Of a stretch of DNA of 56,474 nt, positions 9,289 to 18,151 are shown one piece after another. The translations under genes were made by a program, and so were the position numbers. Every line of letters begins with the position of its first letter. Within the stretch, counting starts at the first letter, position 1. Origin of the DNA: Thermoplasmatota archaeon. Lineage in GTDB: Archaea; Thermoplasmatota; Penumbrarchaeia; Penumbrarchaeales; Penumbrarchaeaceae. The notes under the pieces are model-generated. The model did not search any database and was not told the origin of the DNA. It was given only the letters and a program-made list of their open reading frames with translations. Location: assembly GCA_965234725.1 (NCBI GenBank), contig CBDDUX010000024.1, positions 1 to 56,474 of the forward strand, in the 5' to 3' direction.

Positions 9289-9672
9289 CTACTGCTTGAG
9301 CATGTTCTTGTATTGTTGATCCAGGATATCCTTGGCTTTCAGGTCGGCCCCCATCTCTGTCAGGAGCTCTCTCCTTGCCACTATTTCCTTGATATCCACA
9401 TTTTCCATTCCGTTGCGGATCAATTCACGGATCCCCAGTTCCCTCGAAACGAAATGGTCCATAGAAACGAGCAGGTCAACTGCGGTGAGCATGGTATCGG
9501 GAAGTTTTATAGAAACGGATCCATCTTCCTCGTTCGGAACCGAAAGCATAGCATCTATTGAGCTCCTGATAGCCTCGGAACGGTTCTTGAAGGTACCCTG
9601 TTCCACCAGGAAATCCAATGCGGATGCTTGCTCGGGAGTGAGCCTGATTGTCACCTTGTCCGCTTTCTCCAT
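9289..9672 (-). CDS. Tandem ribbon-helix-helix (CopG/CdrS-like) transcription regulator
   Basis: Two RHH units: KVTIRLTPEQASALDFLVEQGTFKNRSEAIR and VSIKLPDTMLTAVDLLVSMDHFVSRELGIR; the first resembles the 'VT.R....Q...L..LV..G.F.NRSEAIR' pattern of CdrS/CopG-type RHH proteins. Confidence 0.8.
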   Translation of the reverse strand: MEKADKVTIRLTPEQASALDFLVEQGTFKNRSEAIRSSIDAMLSVPNEEDGSVSIKLPDTMLTAVDLLVSMDHFVSRELGIRELIRNGMENVDIKEIVARRELLTEMGADLKAKDILDQQYKNMLKQ

Positions 9673-9686
9673 TCCATGCCCTCAAA

Positions 9687-9781
9687 GAGTAAGACGATTC
9701 TTCCTAAATGTCCGACATATATTTATAAATGTCGGGCAAAAACCATCTAATGTAGTACATCAATTATTTGATGGCATACAA
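9687..9781. promoter_or_regulatory. Phased operator array in the divergent RHH/DP1 promoter
   Basis: 11-bp boxes starting at 9687, 9708, 9729, 9750 and 9771 (GAGTAAGACGA, ATGTCCGACAT, ATGTCGGGCAA, ATGTAGTACAT, ATGGCATACAA); TATA-like ATATTTATAA lies between boxes 2 and 3. Confidence 0.65.
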
Positions 9782-9853
9782 ACCGATCACCGGTCTTTAC
9801 TTTTGGTGCACCCCTGGCAAAGATAAAAACATAACCTCTTCGTTGGCGGAACG

Positions 9854-11512
9854 ATGGCAGAGGTAGCCCAGAGGCTCATGAGATATTCGAAGTTCCCCTC
9901 CCCGGAAGCTGTCCATATCCTGGAGATGTCACCAAGGATCATGGATAGTCTGGAAGATGCCCTCAGAAAGGGAGCTGATCTTCCAATGGTCATAGGCCCT
10001 GATGAGATCGAGCAGTTCAACAACGGTCATGTTACAACAGAAAGGATCAAGGATGCTGGACAACATCTTTCTTCGATAGGATCTGGAAAGGGAGAGATAA
10101 CACCGGAAAAGGACCATCAGAAAATGAAGCATTCGACACCTAAAAAGGAGATATCCCCTGGAGGGGAGATCGAAAGGATATCAAAAACAGTATCGGGGCA
10201 TCTCAAGATGACCGGGATCGATCTTCCAGGAGCGGGGAGCGATGGTATACCTTTGGCAAAACAGCTCGATTCTGATTTTAAGATCATCAAGGACCCATCC
10301 GAGACAATGGGATCTCATGGAAAGATCGATGATTTCAAGAAGCTCTTCCAGAGCAGGTATAGAAAGCTCAAGTCATTGCTCGTAACGCAATACGGGGACC
10401 TATCCCCATGTGAAAGCATAGGGAGTTTGTCTGGAGCAGATGATTCCGTTAGATTCGTCGGAATAGTCAATGATTCAAGAACGACCAAGAACGGACACAC
10501 CATTCTCGAGCTGGAGGACCCCTCAGGCAGTATTCGAGCACTGATATCAAAGAACAAGAAGGACCTCATGTCCATCAGACTTGTCAGCGATGAGGTGGTC
10601 GGTGTGGTGGGGAAGTACAAGGCAGGTGATGGAAGAGGAGGGCCGATAGTATTCATCGATGCACTCTTCAAGGTTGACATACCAGGATTCCACAGAAGGA
10701 GGATCTCTGAAGACAAGGGACTGCTTGCGGCCTTTACCTCTGATATCCACATCGGATCCCGTATGTATCTTGAAAAGGAATGGACCGCGATGGTTAAATG
10801 GTTAAATGGAAAACAAGGGGGTTCCCTGAAAGCTTCAGATGGTAATCGGGTCAAGTACCTGGTGGTCGCAGGGGACCTTGTAGATGGCATCGGGATCTAC
10901 CCGGACCAGGACAGGGACCTTATTTATCCCGATATCACAAGACAATATGATGCCCTGGCAGAATCGCTATCCCTGATACCGGACCATATAGAGATAATAC
11001 TGATGCCAGGCAACCATGATGCGGTCCGCATTGCCGAACCGCAGCCTCCTCTACCAAAGGAATTCCAGGACCTGTTCTCCAACTCTAACATCAGGTTCCT
11101 CTCAAATCCAACGAACTTTTCCATTTCCGGAGTTTCGGTAGCAGGATACCACGGAAAATCCATTGATGACATGGTCACGATCTTCAAAGATGTCACATAT
11201 GAAAACCCAATACCTGGAATGAAGGAGATGCTAAGATCGAGGCATTATGCTCCATCCTATGGTATGAGAAACCAGCTGGCACCGGAAGAGGAGGACCACC
11301 TTGTGATAGAGGAGGTTCCGGATATCTTCGTTTCAGGTCACGTTCATAGGTTCGGTCTTGATAATTTCAAAGGTGTCCAGATGATCGAGGGGTCGACATG
11401 GCAGTCCCAGACTCCGTTCCAGAAGATGATGAACCTGCAACCCCAACCTGCAAAGCTGGGTATCGTTGAACTGGATTCCCCGAATAAGATGTATACCTGG
11501 GAGATCATCTGA
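9854..11512 (+). CDS. polD1: DNA polymerase D (Pol II) small subunit DP1, proofreading exonuclease (often annotated polB)
   Basis: OB fold (GIVND.RTTKNGH..LELED) followed by calcineurin-like motifs SDIHIGS, GDLVDGIGIYPDQ, PGNHD, YHG, GHVH and WQSQT. Confidence 0.95.
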   Translation: MAEVAQRLMRYSKFPSPEAVHILEMSPRIMDSLEDALRKGADLPMVIGPDEIEQFNNGHVTTERIKDAGQHLSSIGSGKGEITPEKDHQKMKHSTPKKEISPGGEIERISKTVSGHLKMTGIDLPGAGSDGIPLAKQLDSDFKIIKDPSETMGSHGKIDDFKKLFQSRYRKLKSLLVTQYGDLSPCESIGSLSGADDSVRFVGIVNDSRTTKNGHTILELEDPSGSIRALISKNKKDLMSIRLVSDEVVGVVGKYKAGDGRGGPIVFIDALFKVDIPGFHRRRISEDKGLLAAFTSDIHIGSRMYLEKEWTAMVKWLNGKQGGSLKASDGNRVKYLVVAGDLVDGIGIYPDQDRDLIYPDITRQYDALAESLSLIPDHIEIILMPGNHDAVRIAEPQPPLPKEFQDLFSNSNIRFLSNPTNFSISGVSVAGYHGKSIDDMVTIFKDVTYENPIPGMKEMLRSRHYAPSYGMRNQLAPEEEDHLVIEEVPDIFVSGHVHRFGLDNFKGVQMIEGSTWQSQTPFQKMMNLQPQPAKLGIVELDSPNKMYTWEII

Positions 11513-12428
11513 GACCTGCAAGTCTTATCATCAATGCCTTCTGTGCATGCATCCTGTTCTCGGCTTCCTGGAATACAACTGACCTGGAGGAATCCATGAC
11601 CTCATCGGTGACCTCCTGCCCCCTGTGAGCAGGAAGACAGTGCATGAAGATCGAGTCCGGCTTTGCCCGGTTCATCAATTCCATGTTGACCTGATATCCA
11701 TCGAATGCCCTCAATCTTTTCTCCATCTCAGCTTCATCCCCCATTGAGACCCATGTATCGGAATAAATGACATCCGCTCCGGTCACAGCTTCCTTCGGGT
11801 CCCTGAAGATCTCAATTATTGAACCGTTCTTGGCCGCGATCCCTTTTGCTTTTTCCATGATCTCCATATCAGGATCGTAACCTTCGGGAACTGCAGCCCG
11901 GAGGTTCATACCAAGAATTGCTGCTCCAAGTGCAAGTGAATGGAGAACATTGTTTCCGTCCCCCACCCAGGCAAGGACCTTTCCTTTTAGCTCACCCTTT
12001 ACTTCGGTCATGGTCATGAAGTCCGCCACCGCCTGACATGGATGCTCCATATTATCCAGACCGTTGATCACAGGGACTTCAGCATGCAATGCAAGCTGTT
12101 TGACGTTCTTGCTATCGAAAGCTCTGTACATAATAACATCAGCGAATCTGGAGAGGACCTTGGCAACATCATAAACGCTTTCCCTCTTCCCAACCTGGAT
12201 CTCACTGGGAGATAGGTAAAGGGCATTCCCACCCATCTGGGAAAATCCTACCTCGAATGAAACTCTTGTACGAAGTGATGGTTTCTCGAATATCATTGCA
12301 AGGGTCTTTCCTTTGAAAGCTATGTTCTCCAATCCTTCCTTGCTCTCCCCTTTCATGACAATTGCAAGGTCGATTATACCTTCGAGTTCATCTATGATAT
12401 CCATCATTCCAAGGAGGTCCCGTTTCAT
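11505..12428 (-). CDS. argF: Ornithine carbamoyltransferase
   Basis: FEKPSLRTR, HPCQ, GDGNNV, DTWVSMG, MHCLPA, EAENR; overlaps the DP1 3' end convergently. Confidence 0.93.
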   Translation of the reverse strand: MKRDLLGMMDIIDELEGIIDLAIVMKGESKEGLENIAFKGKTLAMIFEKPSLRTRVSFEVGFSQMGGNALYLSPSEIQVGKRESVYDVAKVLSRFADVIMYRAFDSKNVKQLALHAEVPVINGLDNMEHPCQAVADFMTMTEVKGELKGKVLAWVGDGNNVLHSLALGAAILGMNLRAAVPEGYDPDMEIMEKAKGIAAKNGSIIEIFRDPKEAVTGADVIYSDTWVSMGDEAEMEKRLRAFDGYQVNMELMNRAKPDSIFMHCLPAHRGQEVTDEVMDSSRSVVFQEAENRMHAQKALMIRLAGLR

Positions 12429-12536
12429 GGTTTCATCTCCATCTGAGCCCTTATTTGACCCCTTGATATATAGGTTTCCTGCCTATTATACAACTAACTC
12501 AAGAAGTTTTAATAACTTTGAGGTAGCTTACCATTT

Positions 12537-12665
12537 GTTGTATGGATCATCGCCCCATACAACTCGCTATACGAACTTCGTTGCAGGGGAGTAGCTGTTT
12601 CTTAGGTGTATCACTCCAATATGCTGAACAATCCTCTCTTCCGAGACCCCTGCAACACTCTTTTT
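12537..12665 (+). ncRNA. Candidate structured small RNA or cis-regulatory RNA (strand uncertain)
   Basis: Hairpin GTTGTATGG..CCATACAAC (12537-12563), long stem GTTGCAGGGG..CCCCTGCAAC (12580-12656), TATA-like TTTTAATAA about 25 nt upstream, T5 run at 12661-12665. Confidence 0.4.
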
Positions 12666-12707
12666 GGATGACAATTATATCTTATCGGGCCGATATGGGA
12701 AGCGGAC

Positions 12708-13661
12708 ATGGATATAAACGAGATGATCAGAATAGCGGTCCAAATACTTGAACGTGCAGATTTCATCATCTCCAGGATAAAGGGTGTATCGGAGATGAGC
12801 TTCGATCTGGCCGCAAGAAGGGATGACCAGCTTCTACTTATCAAGATCATCAGGGAACGATCAATGGTCAGACCTGCAGTGGCATCAGAGATGAAGGTTC
12901 TGGCCAGCGTCCTTTCCGCATCACCCCTTGTTCTCATTCCAACCTCGATGGTATCAAAGGAGCAAGATGGCGTCTTGTACATCACCCATGGCATACCGTT
13001 GATGACCTTGGATACATTCAGAGAACATCTCTTGGAGGATGTCCCCCCATTGGTTTATTACAGTTCCGGAGGGCACTTTGTCACCATGGATGGAAGCAGG
13101 ATGAGGGACATAAGGGAATCCATGGGCATCTCTCTGGGATCCATCTCAAAGTCCGTCGGTGTCTCGAGAAGAGCTGTCCAGATGTACGAATCAGGAATGG
13201 GAGTGGACCTTGATACTGCAATGAGGATAGAGGATCTTCTTGGAGTTCCACTTGTTCTCCCCTTAGACCCCTTTTCGAGGAGTGGGGATCTCCAGGATAT
13301 AAGGGAGAACATGTCCGATGGAGACTCCGATTGCATGGAGGTCCTCGACCACCTGGGATCACTGGGAATGGAGGTAATAAGGACAACAAGATGCCCCTTT
13401 GACGCACTTGCGAAGAAGGATAAGGACCTACTGATGACTTCAATGGGGACCGAGGAAAGGTCCATGATGGAGGCTGGATCGACCCTTTCATCACTTACCA
13501 GGGTAACTGGGAACGAATCATTCCTTGTTGCTACAGGTCCTCTGAGGGGGAGGTCGATCGGTGGTACACCGGTCCTTACGATCAAGGATGTAAAGGGGAC
13601 CGATGATATCGAAGATCTTCTAGAACTTATCAGAAAGAGAAGAAAAGGGTCGATCGACTAA
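12708..13661 (+). CDS. Archaeal HTH transcriptional regulator (COG1395-type; nuclease-like + Xre HTH + nuclease-like)
   Basis: SFDLAARR...LLIK, DGVLY..HGIP, P.VY...GG.FV..DG, HTH 'IRESMGISLGSISKSVGVSRRAVQMYESG', CPFDAL. Confidence 0.85.
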   Translation: MDINEMIRIAVQILERADFIISRIKGVSEMSFDLAARRDDQLLLIKIIRERSMVRPAVASEMKVLASVLSASPLVLIPTSMVSKEQDGVLYITHGIPLMTLDTFREHLLEDVPPLVYYSSGGHFVTMDGSRMRDIRESMGISLGSISKSVGVSRRAVQMYESGMGVDLDTAMRIEDLLGVPLVLPLDPFSRSGDLQDIRENMSDGDSDCMEVLDHLGSLGMEVIRTTRCPFDALAKKDKDLLMTSMGTEERSMMEAGSTLSSLTRVTGNESFLVATGPLRGRSIGGTPVLTIKDVKGTDDIEDLLELIRKRRKGSID

Positions 13662-13723
13662 ATTAGCCAGTATTATCTCTGAACGGCCAACTTTTAAATA
13701 TCACAGCCATTACTAGAAGTAGG

Positions 13724-16700
13724 ATGGACTTCAGTCGGGGGACAATCTGCTTCCTTGCGATACTATTAATGGTCGCACAGGCTGTCATCAACCATGGAGC
13801 CCAGGCTTTGGATGAGGCAGGTTCCAACATTTACATAACCAGCGACTCTACCTTATCTACGTCCCCGTTCGTAAGGTCAGGATCAGGGACCCAGCTTTCA
13901 CCCTATATCATATCAGATTGGGATATGGACGATAAATACATCAGGATAGAGAACACGGCATCATACCTGGTCATAAGAAACATAACTTTCTCAGCCCAAA
14001 CTTCCTGGGCCTTCTACCTTGCTAACGCTGACAACATCGTTGTAAGGAACGTAACAAGCACAGGTAGAGGGAGATTCCTCTATACCTCTGCTTGCTCGAA
14101 TATTCTCTTTGACAAATGCAATGTCACAGCTATCCCCACTCAGACATATGTCGTCCAGGTCTTGAACGGCATGGACTTCACGATCTCCAACAGCAGGTTT
14201 GTGAATGCCTCCTCATCAACTGCCTCGATATATTATGATAATCAGGGGACAGGCCAGAGGTTCCTCAGTAATTACCTGGAAGGGATACCTTTGGTAGATG
14301 AGAATTTCCGGACGGACGGATACATCTACAACTCCACATTCATCGATTCCCCTGTCACTCTATCATACGGGGTGCAGGGAAGCCGCGTCTCGAAATGTGA
14401 TTTTAATTCCCCTGGACAGAATGCATTGACACTTTCAAACTGCAGGTACATGAAGATAGATGAGAACCGTTTTCATGGTGCTAGTGGGATCTACTTCTCG
14501 GTTGCCCAATGGACCACTGGCTCTACATTAGGGGATATCAATGGTAATATATTCGAGTCATGCAATAATGGAATTCTCTCCACCTCTACTCCCACAAATG
14601 TTTATACCTCGAGGTGGAATGTTTTTAACAATTACTTCGGAAACTGCTCAAATTATGCTATAGAGTGGGGAAGAGGGCTGAACAATGATATCTGGAACAA
14701 TATCTTCTTCCATAACAAAGGAACCGATAATTCATCCGCCGGATCCCAATGCGATCAGCTGAATTACGGCTCCAACATGAACAGGTGGACCGTTGATGGC
14801 GAGGGGAACTTCTGGGCCAATCACAGGACGCCTGATGAGAATACCGATGGGATCGTGGATGATCCGTATATAATCTCAACAGGAGGATCGGATGACAGAC
14901 CATACACGAATCCATATTTCGATACGAACCCCCCCTCGATCCAGATCACAGCACCAACAGACCTCTACCCTGAGAGATCCTATATCACAATATATTGGCA
15001 GGCAGATGATATCGGATCAGGAATAGAAAGAATCGATCTGAGGATCGATACAGGCCAATGGATCGATATGACAGGACGGACCTTCAAGTCCATCTTCCTC
15101 AAGGAAGGAAACCATTTCGTTGATGTCCGGGCAACCGACAGGGCCGGTTTCATCAATATTTCCAGAAGGCAATACATCCTGGGAGATACGGTTGATGTTA
15201 TTGACCTGATATCTCCGATGAACAATGAATATATTCCCCGATCCGAGATAGATATAGAATGGTCATTAGCAGAGTATTTTTCCACTTCTAATCAGACCAT
15301 TGTACTTGACGGATATCCTCATTACCTGAACATCAATCAAAGGGTCTTCAGACCGGTCCTCCAAGAGGGACCTCATTCCTTCCAGTTGCACTGTAAGGAC
15401 CTGGGAGGATTGACAGTTAGCAGGTCTGGGAATTTCACTGTGGACCTTACCGACCCGGAGGTAGAGATCCTATCTCCCCAGGATGGTTCTTCCCTCTCAA
15501 ACACTCTTGTTTCCATCAATTACAATGTATCCGACAATCTGGCTCTGGGTGCATTGCAGACAAGATTGGATGGCGGGAACTGGACAGACCAGAACCTGGA
15601 TTCCAAGTTGTTCCCAGCCCTTCTTGATCATGGGATCCATTCCGTAGAGGTCCGAGGGATTGACCTTTCTGGTAGACAGACAACCCAAGATGTCACCTTC
15701 ACAATAGGGGCCACACCACTTCTACGTATCCTGTCCCCACCAAACGGTACTTCAACGAATGAAGACCAAATCACTTTTAAATGGACCTATTCCGGTCCTT
15801 TCAGTTGGGATGTTGCCCTTCTCAGAGTGGGCATCGCCGGGGAATTCATGGATATTCAAGGTGAAGAAGAGGTTGAGATCGACCTTGATAGGGAAGGTGA
15901 ATACGAAATCATCCTTCGTCTTGTGGATGGTTTTGAGAATTTCATCGAATCGAAAATTATCATTTTCAAGGATACCACTGCACCTGTTGCCGGTTTCATA
16001 TTTCCCCAGGATGGAAGCTATGTTGGAAGCAGAATCGTTCCATTGTCATGGAAGGGGACGGAAAATAATGGACTGCCGATCTCTGGATATAAATTAAGTG
16101 TGGATGGAGGCCCCTGGATGGATATGGGTCTCGATGAGGAGAATGAACTGACACTTACCGAAGGAGCCCACACTGCAGCCTTGAGGGCCATCGATCTGGC
16201 TGGAAATGTTGGGGAGAAAACCATTTCCTTCATCGTGGATGTCACACCTCCAGAGGCAGGTTTCACCTCCCCGATCAATGGGACCATTCTTACAGATTCG
16301 CTGGTGGATTTCATCTTCTCGGCAAATGATGGTGGGGGACTTCTGAGTCTGGATATCTCCATCGATGAGCGGATCAACCTATCTGTTCTTGGCACAAATC
16401 AAAGGTCGATCACAATTGGAACAGACGGTTTACACATTGTAAAGATGATCGCAGTTGATAAAGCTGGCAATTCTGCTGTATCTGAACTGCACCTTATCGT
16501 GGATATGATCGAACCCTACATTGAATGGATCATTGAACCTACCGGTTACTCATCGTTGAAGAATTTCACACTTTCCTGGAATATTACAGAGGAATTGGGT
16601 CTTTCCACACTCTATCTTACCGTTGACGGATCGATCTTCGATCTGGACATCGGGGATAGAGAAGCTACATTGGACCTGGAGGAAGGGACACACATCATAT

Positions 16701-18118
16701 CGATCACTGCCGTTGACCTGGCAGGATGGAGGACAGAACTTTCCTCATCGGACCAGATCGAGATCGACCTGACCCCTCCCATTGTCCAGGTGGATGGTTA
16801 CAACTCAAAGGTCGAGGGGAACTCAGTTAAGATTCACTGGTCAACTACGGATGGAGATGGATCTGGAATTGGGACGGCATTGATATTATTGGATGGGGGT
16901 GAATTCGAGACAGTCCAATCAGAAGGTATGGATGAATTCACCTTCGAGGGTCTCTCTGTGGGAGAACACAAGGTCACAATAAGGATCATTGACAGGGCAG
17001 GAAATTTCAGGGATGTTGATTGGGGATTCGAAGTTGTGATTGAAGAGGAGGGGGGAGATGGCAAAGATGAGCCTACTGATCCGATCCCAATAATTCTTGG
17101 AGCCCTTGGAGCGTTCATCATTTTCCTTGTGATAGTTGTGGCAATCGTTCTAAGAAGAAGGAGAAAGGAAGAAGAAAAGATCAATGAGGCGAGAAAAGGA
17201 CGACTCCACAAACCCCAGAGCGTAAGCATCGGCCTATCAGGCCAAAGACAATCCAGATCTCTGCCTCCGGAAGCAAAACTTGTGGATGACCTCCCACCCA
17301 CTAAGATCCATCAGAAGGTCGAAGAAACGAAAACAGGATCCGGGTATATCAGGCCTAAGAAAATGAAGGGGAAGAAACCAGGCAGGGTCATTGAGGAAAA
17401 AAAGAAAGAGGAAAAGATACCCTCCTTTATGGTCAGTAAAGATGACAGGAAAGAGGATAAGAATCCCTTTTTCATGACCAGGGAAGAGAAAGAGGATGAG
17501 GAATTCTTCGACAGGAAGGAGAAGGAAAAAATGGGCCGTCCCACATTCGATGAAGGACCCACATTCGAAGAACCTCTATGGGATGATGGAAAGGACAAGG
17601 TTAAGGAGGAAACATTCTGGAACTCTCCAGATCAGGATGTTCAGGAACCTATAGATGAAGAATATATCGATGAGGAGGAAGAAGTGGAAGAACCCATATG
17701 GGATTCTCCTGACCAAGATGCCCAGGAGCCCGTCGATGAGGAAGATATAGATGAGGAGATTGAGGCAGATGAACCTGTCTGGGATTCTCCTGACCAGGAT
17801 GAACAGGAGCCCATTGATGAGGAAGATATAGATGAAGAGATTGAGGCAGATGAACCTGTCTGGGATTCTCCTGACCAGGATGCCCAAGAGCCCTCTTCTG
17901 AAGAAGAGACCGTCATAAGTGAGGAAAGAAGCGATTCCACTGAAGAGGATATCGAATGGGATGAAGCTTCCGATGACGAGGAGGAAGATGTCGTTGTATT
18001 CGATACTGATGACGACATAGAGGAGATGGAAGAATTAGAGGACCTCGAGGAGATGGATGATGAAGATGAGATGGTCCTTGATGAGGCCGAGGATGAGGAA
18101 CTCGATGAGTGGGATTGA
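13724..18118 (+). CDS. Large surface protein: right-handed beta-helix (NosD/pectin-lyase-like), tandem Ig-like repeats, TM helix and long acidic cytoplasmic tail
   Basis: Signal peptide; 'GSGT...PYII..W' cap; parallel beta-helix N/S/I ladders ending 'GNFW....PD.N.DGIVD.PY'; repeated 'D.T.P...I.SP..G' and 'EG.H...A.D.AGN' modules; TM at about 17090-17150, then RRRRK. Confidence 0.8.
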   Translation: MDFSRGTICFLAILLMVAQAVINHGAQALDEAGSNIYITSDSTLSTSPFVRSGSGTQLSPYIISDWDMDDKYIRIENTASYLVIRNITFSAQTSWAFYLANADNIVVRNVTSTGRGRFLYTSACSNILFDKCNVTAIPTQTYVVQVLNGMDFTISNSRFVNASSSTASIYYDNQGTGQRFLSNYLEGIPLVDENFRTDGYIYNSTFIDSPVTLSYGVQGSRVSKCDFNSPGQNALTLSNCRYMKIDENRFHGASGIYFSVAQWTTGSTLGDINGNIFESCNNGILSTSTPTNVYTSRWNVFNNYFGNCSNYAIEWGRGLNNDIWNNIFFHNKGTDNSSAGSQCDQLNYGSNMNRWTVDGEGNFWANHRTPDENTDGIVDDPYIISTGGSDDRPYTNPYFDTNPPSIQITAPTDLYPERSYITIYWQADDIGSGIERIDLRIDTGQWIDMTGRTFKSIFLKEGNHFVDVRATDRAGFINISRRQYILGDTVDVIDLISPMNNEYIPRSEIDIEWSLAEYFSTSNQTIVLDGYPHYLNINQRVFRPVLQEGPHSFQLHCKDLGGLTVSRSGNFTVDLTDPEVEILSPQDGSSLSNTLVSINYNVSDNLALGALQTRLDGGNWTDQNLDSKLFPALLDHGIHSVEVRGIDLSGRQTTQDVTFTIGATPLLRILSPPNGTSTNEDQITFKWTYSGPFSWDVALLRVGIAGEFMDIQGEEEVEIDLDREGEYEIILRLVDGFENFIESKIIIFKDTTAPVAGFIFPQDGSYVGSRIVPLSWKGTENNGLPISGYKLSVDGGPWMDMGLDEENELTLTEGAHTAALRAIDLAGNVGEKTISFIVDVTPPEAGFTSPINGTILTDSLVDFIFSANDGGGLLSLDISIDERINLSVLGTNQRSITIGTDGLHIVKMIAVDKAGNSAVSELHLIVDMIEPYIEWIIEPTGYSSLKNFTLSWNITEELGLSTLYLTVDGSIFDLDIGDREATLDLEEGTHIISITAVDLAGWRTELSSSDQIEIDLTPPIVQVDGYNSKVEGNSVKIHWSTTDGDGSGIGTALILLDGGEFETVQSEGMDEFTFEGLSVGEHKVTIRIIDRAGNFRDVDWGFEVVIEEEGGDGKDEPTDPIPIILGALGAFIIFLVIVVAIVLRRRRKEEEKINEARKGRLHKPQSVSIGLSGQRQSRSLPPEAKLVDDLPPTKIHQKVEETKTGSGYIRPKKMKGKKPGRVIEEKKKEEKIPSFMVSKDDRKEDKNPFFMTREEKEDEEFFDRKEKEKMGRPTFDEGPTFEEPLWDDGKDKVKEETFWNSPDQDVQEPIDEEYIDEEEEVEEPIWDSPDQDAQEPVDEEDIDEEIEADEPVWDSPDQDEQEPIDEEDIDEEIEADEPVWDSPDQDAQEPSSEEETVISEERSDSTEEDIEWDEASDDEEEDVVVFDTDDDIEEMEELEDLEEMDDEDEMVLDEAEDEELDEWD
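17618..17893 (+). repeat. 81-bp (27-aa) coding tandem repeat, about 3.4 units
   Basis: Trp codons of W(N/D)SPDQD at 17618, 17699, 17780 and 17861; unit consensus WDSPDQD.QEP.DEEDIDEEIEADEPV. Confidence 0.9.
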
Positions 18119-18151
18119 AGCTTCTATGAAGATCTGAAAGGATTATTATAG

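Noticed and set aside
11505-12428. SLRT instead of STRT, suggesting an N-acyl-ornithine carbamoyltransferase
   Set aside because: The DxxxSMG ornithine loop and HCLP are canonical, so ordinary OTCase is the simpler call
12583-12657. tRNA-like element (GCAGGGG/CCCCTGC-A acceptor-like stem, about 72 nt)
   Set aside because: No T-loop (TTCRA), no D-loop GG in position, and the 7-nt loop CACTCCA lacks U33; kept only as an unclassified structured RNA candidate
17618-17893. CRISPR-like periodicity
   Set aside because: In-frame coding repeat without unique spacers; no cas genes
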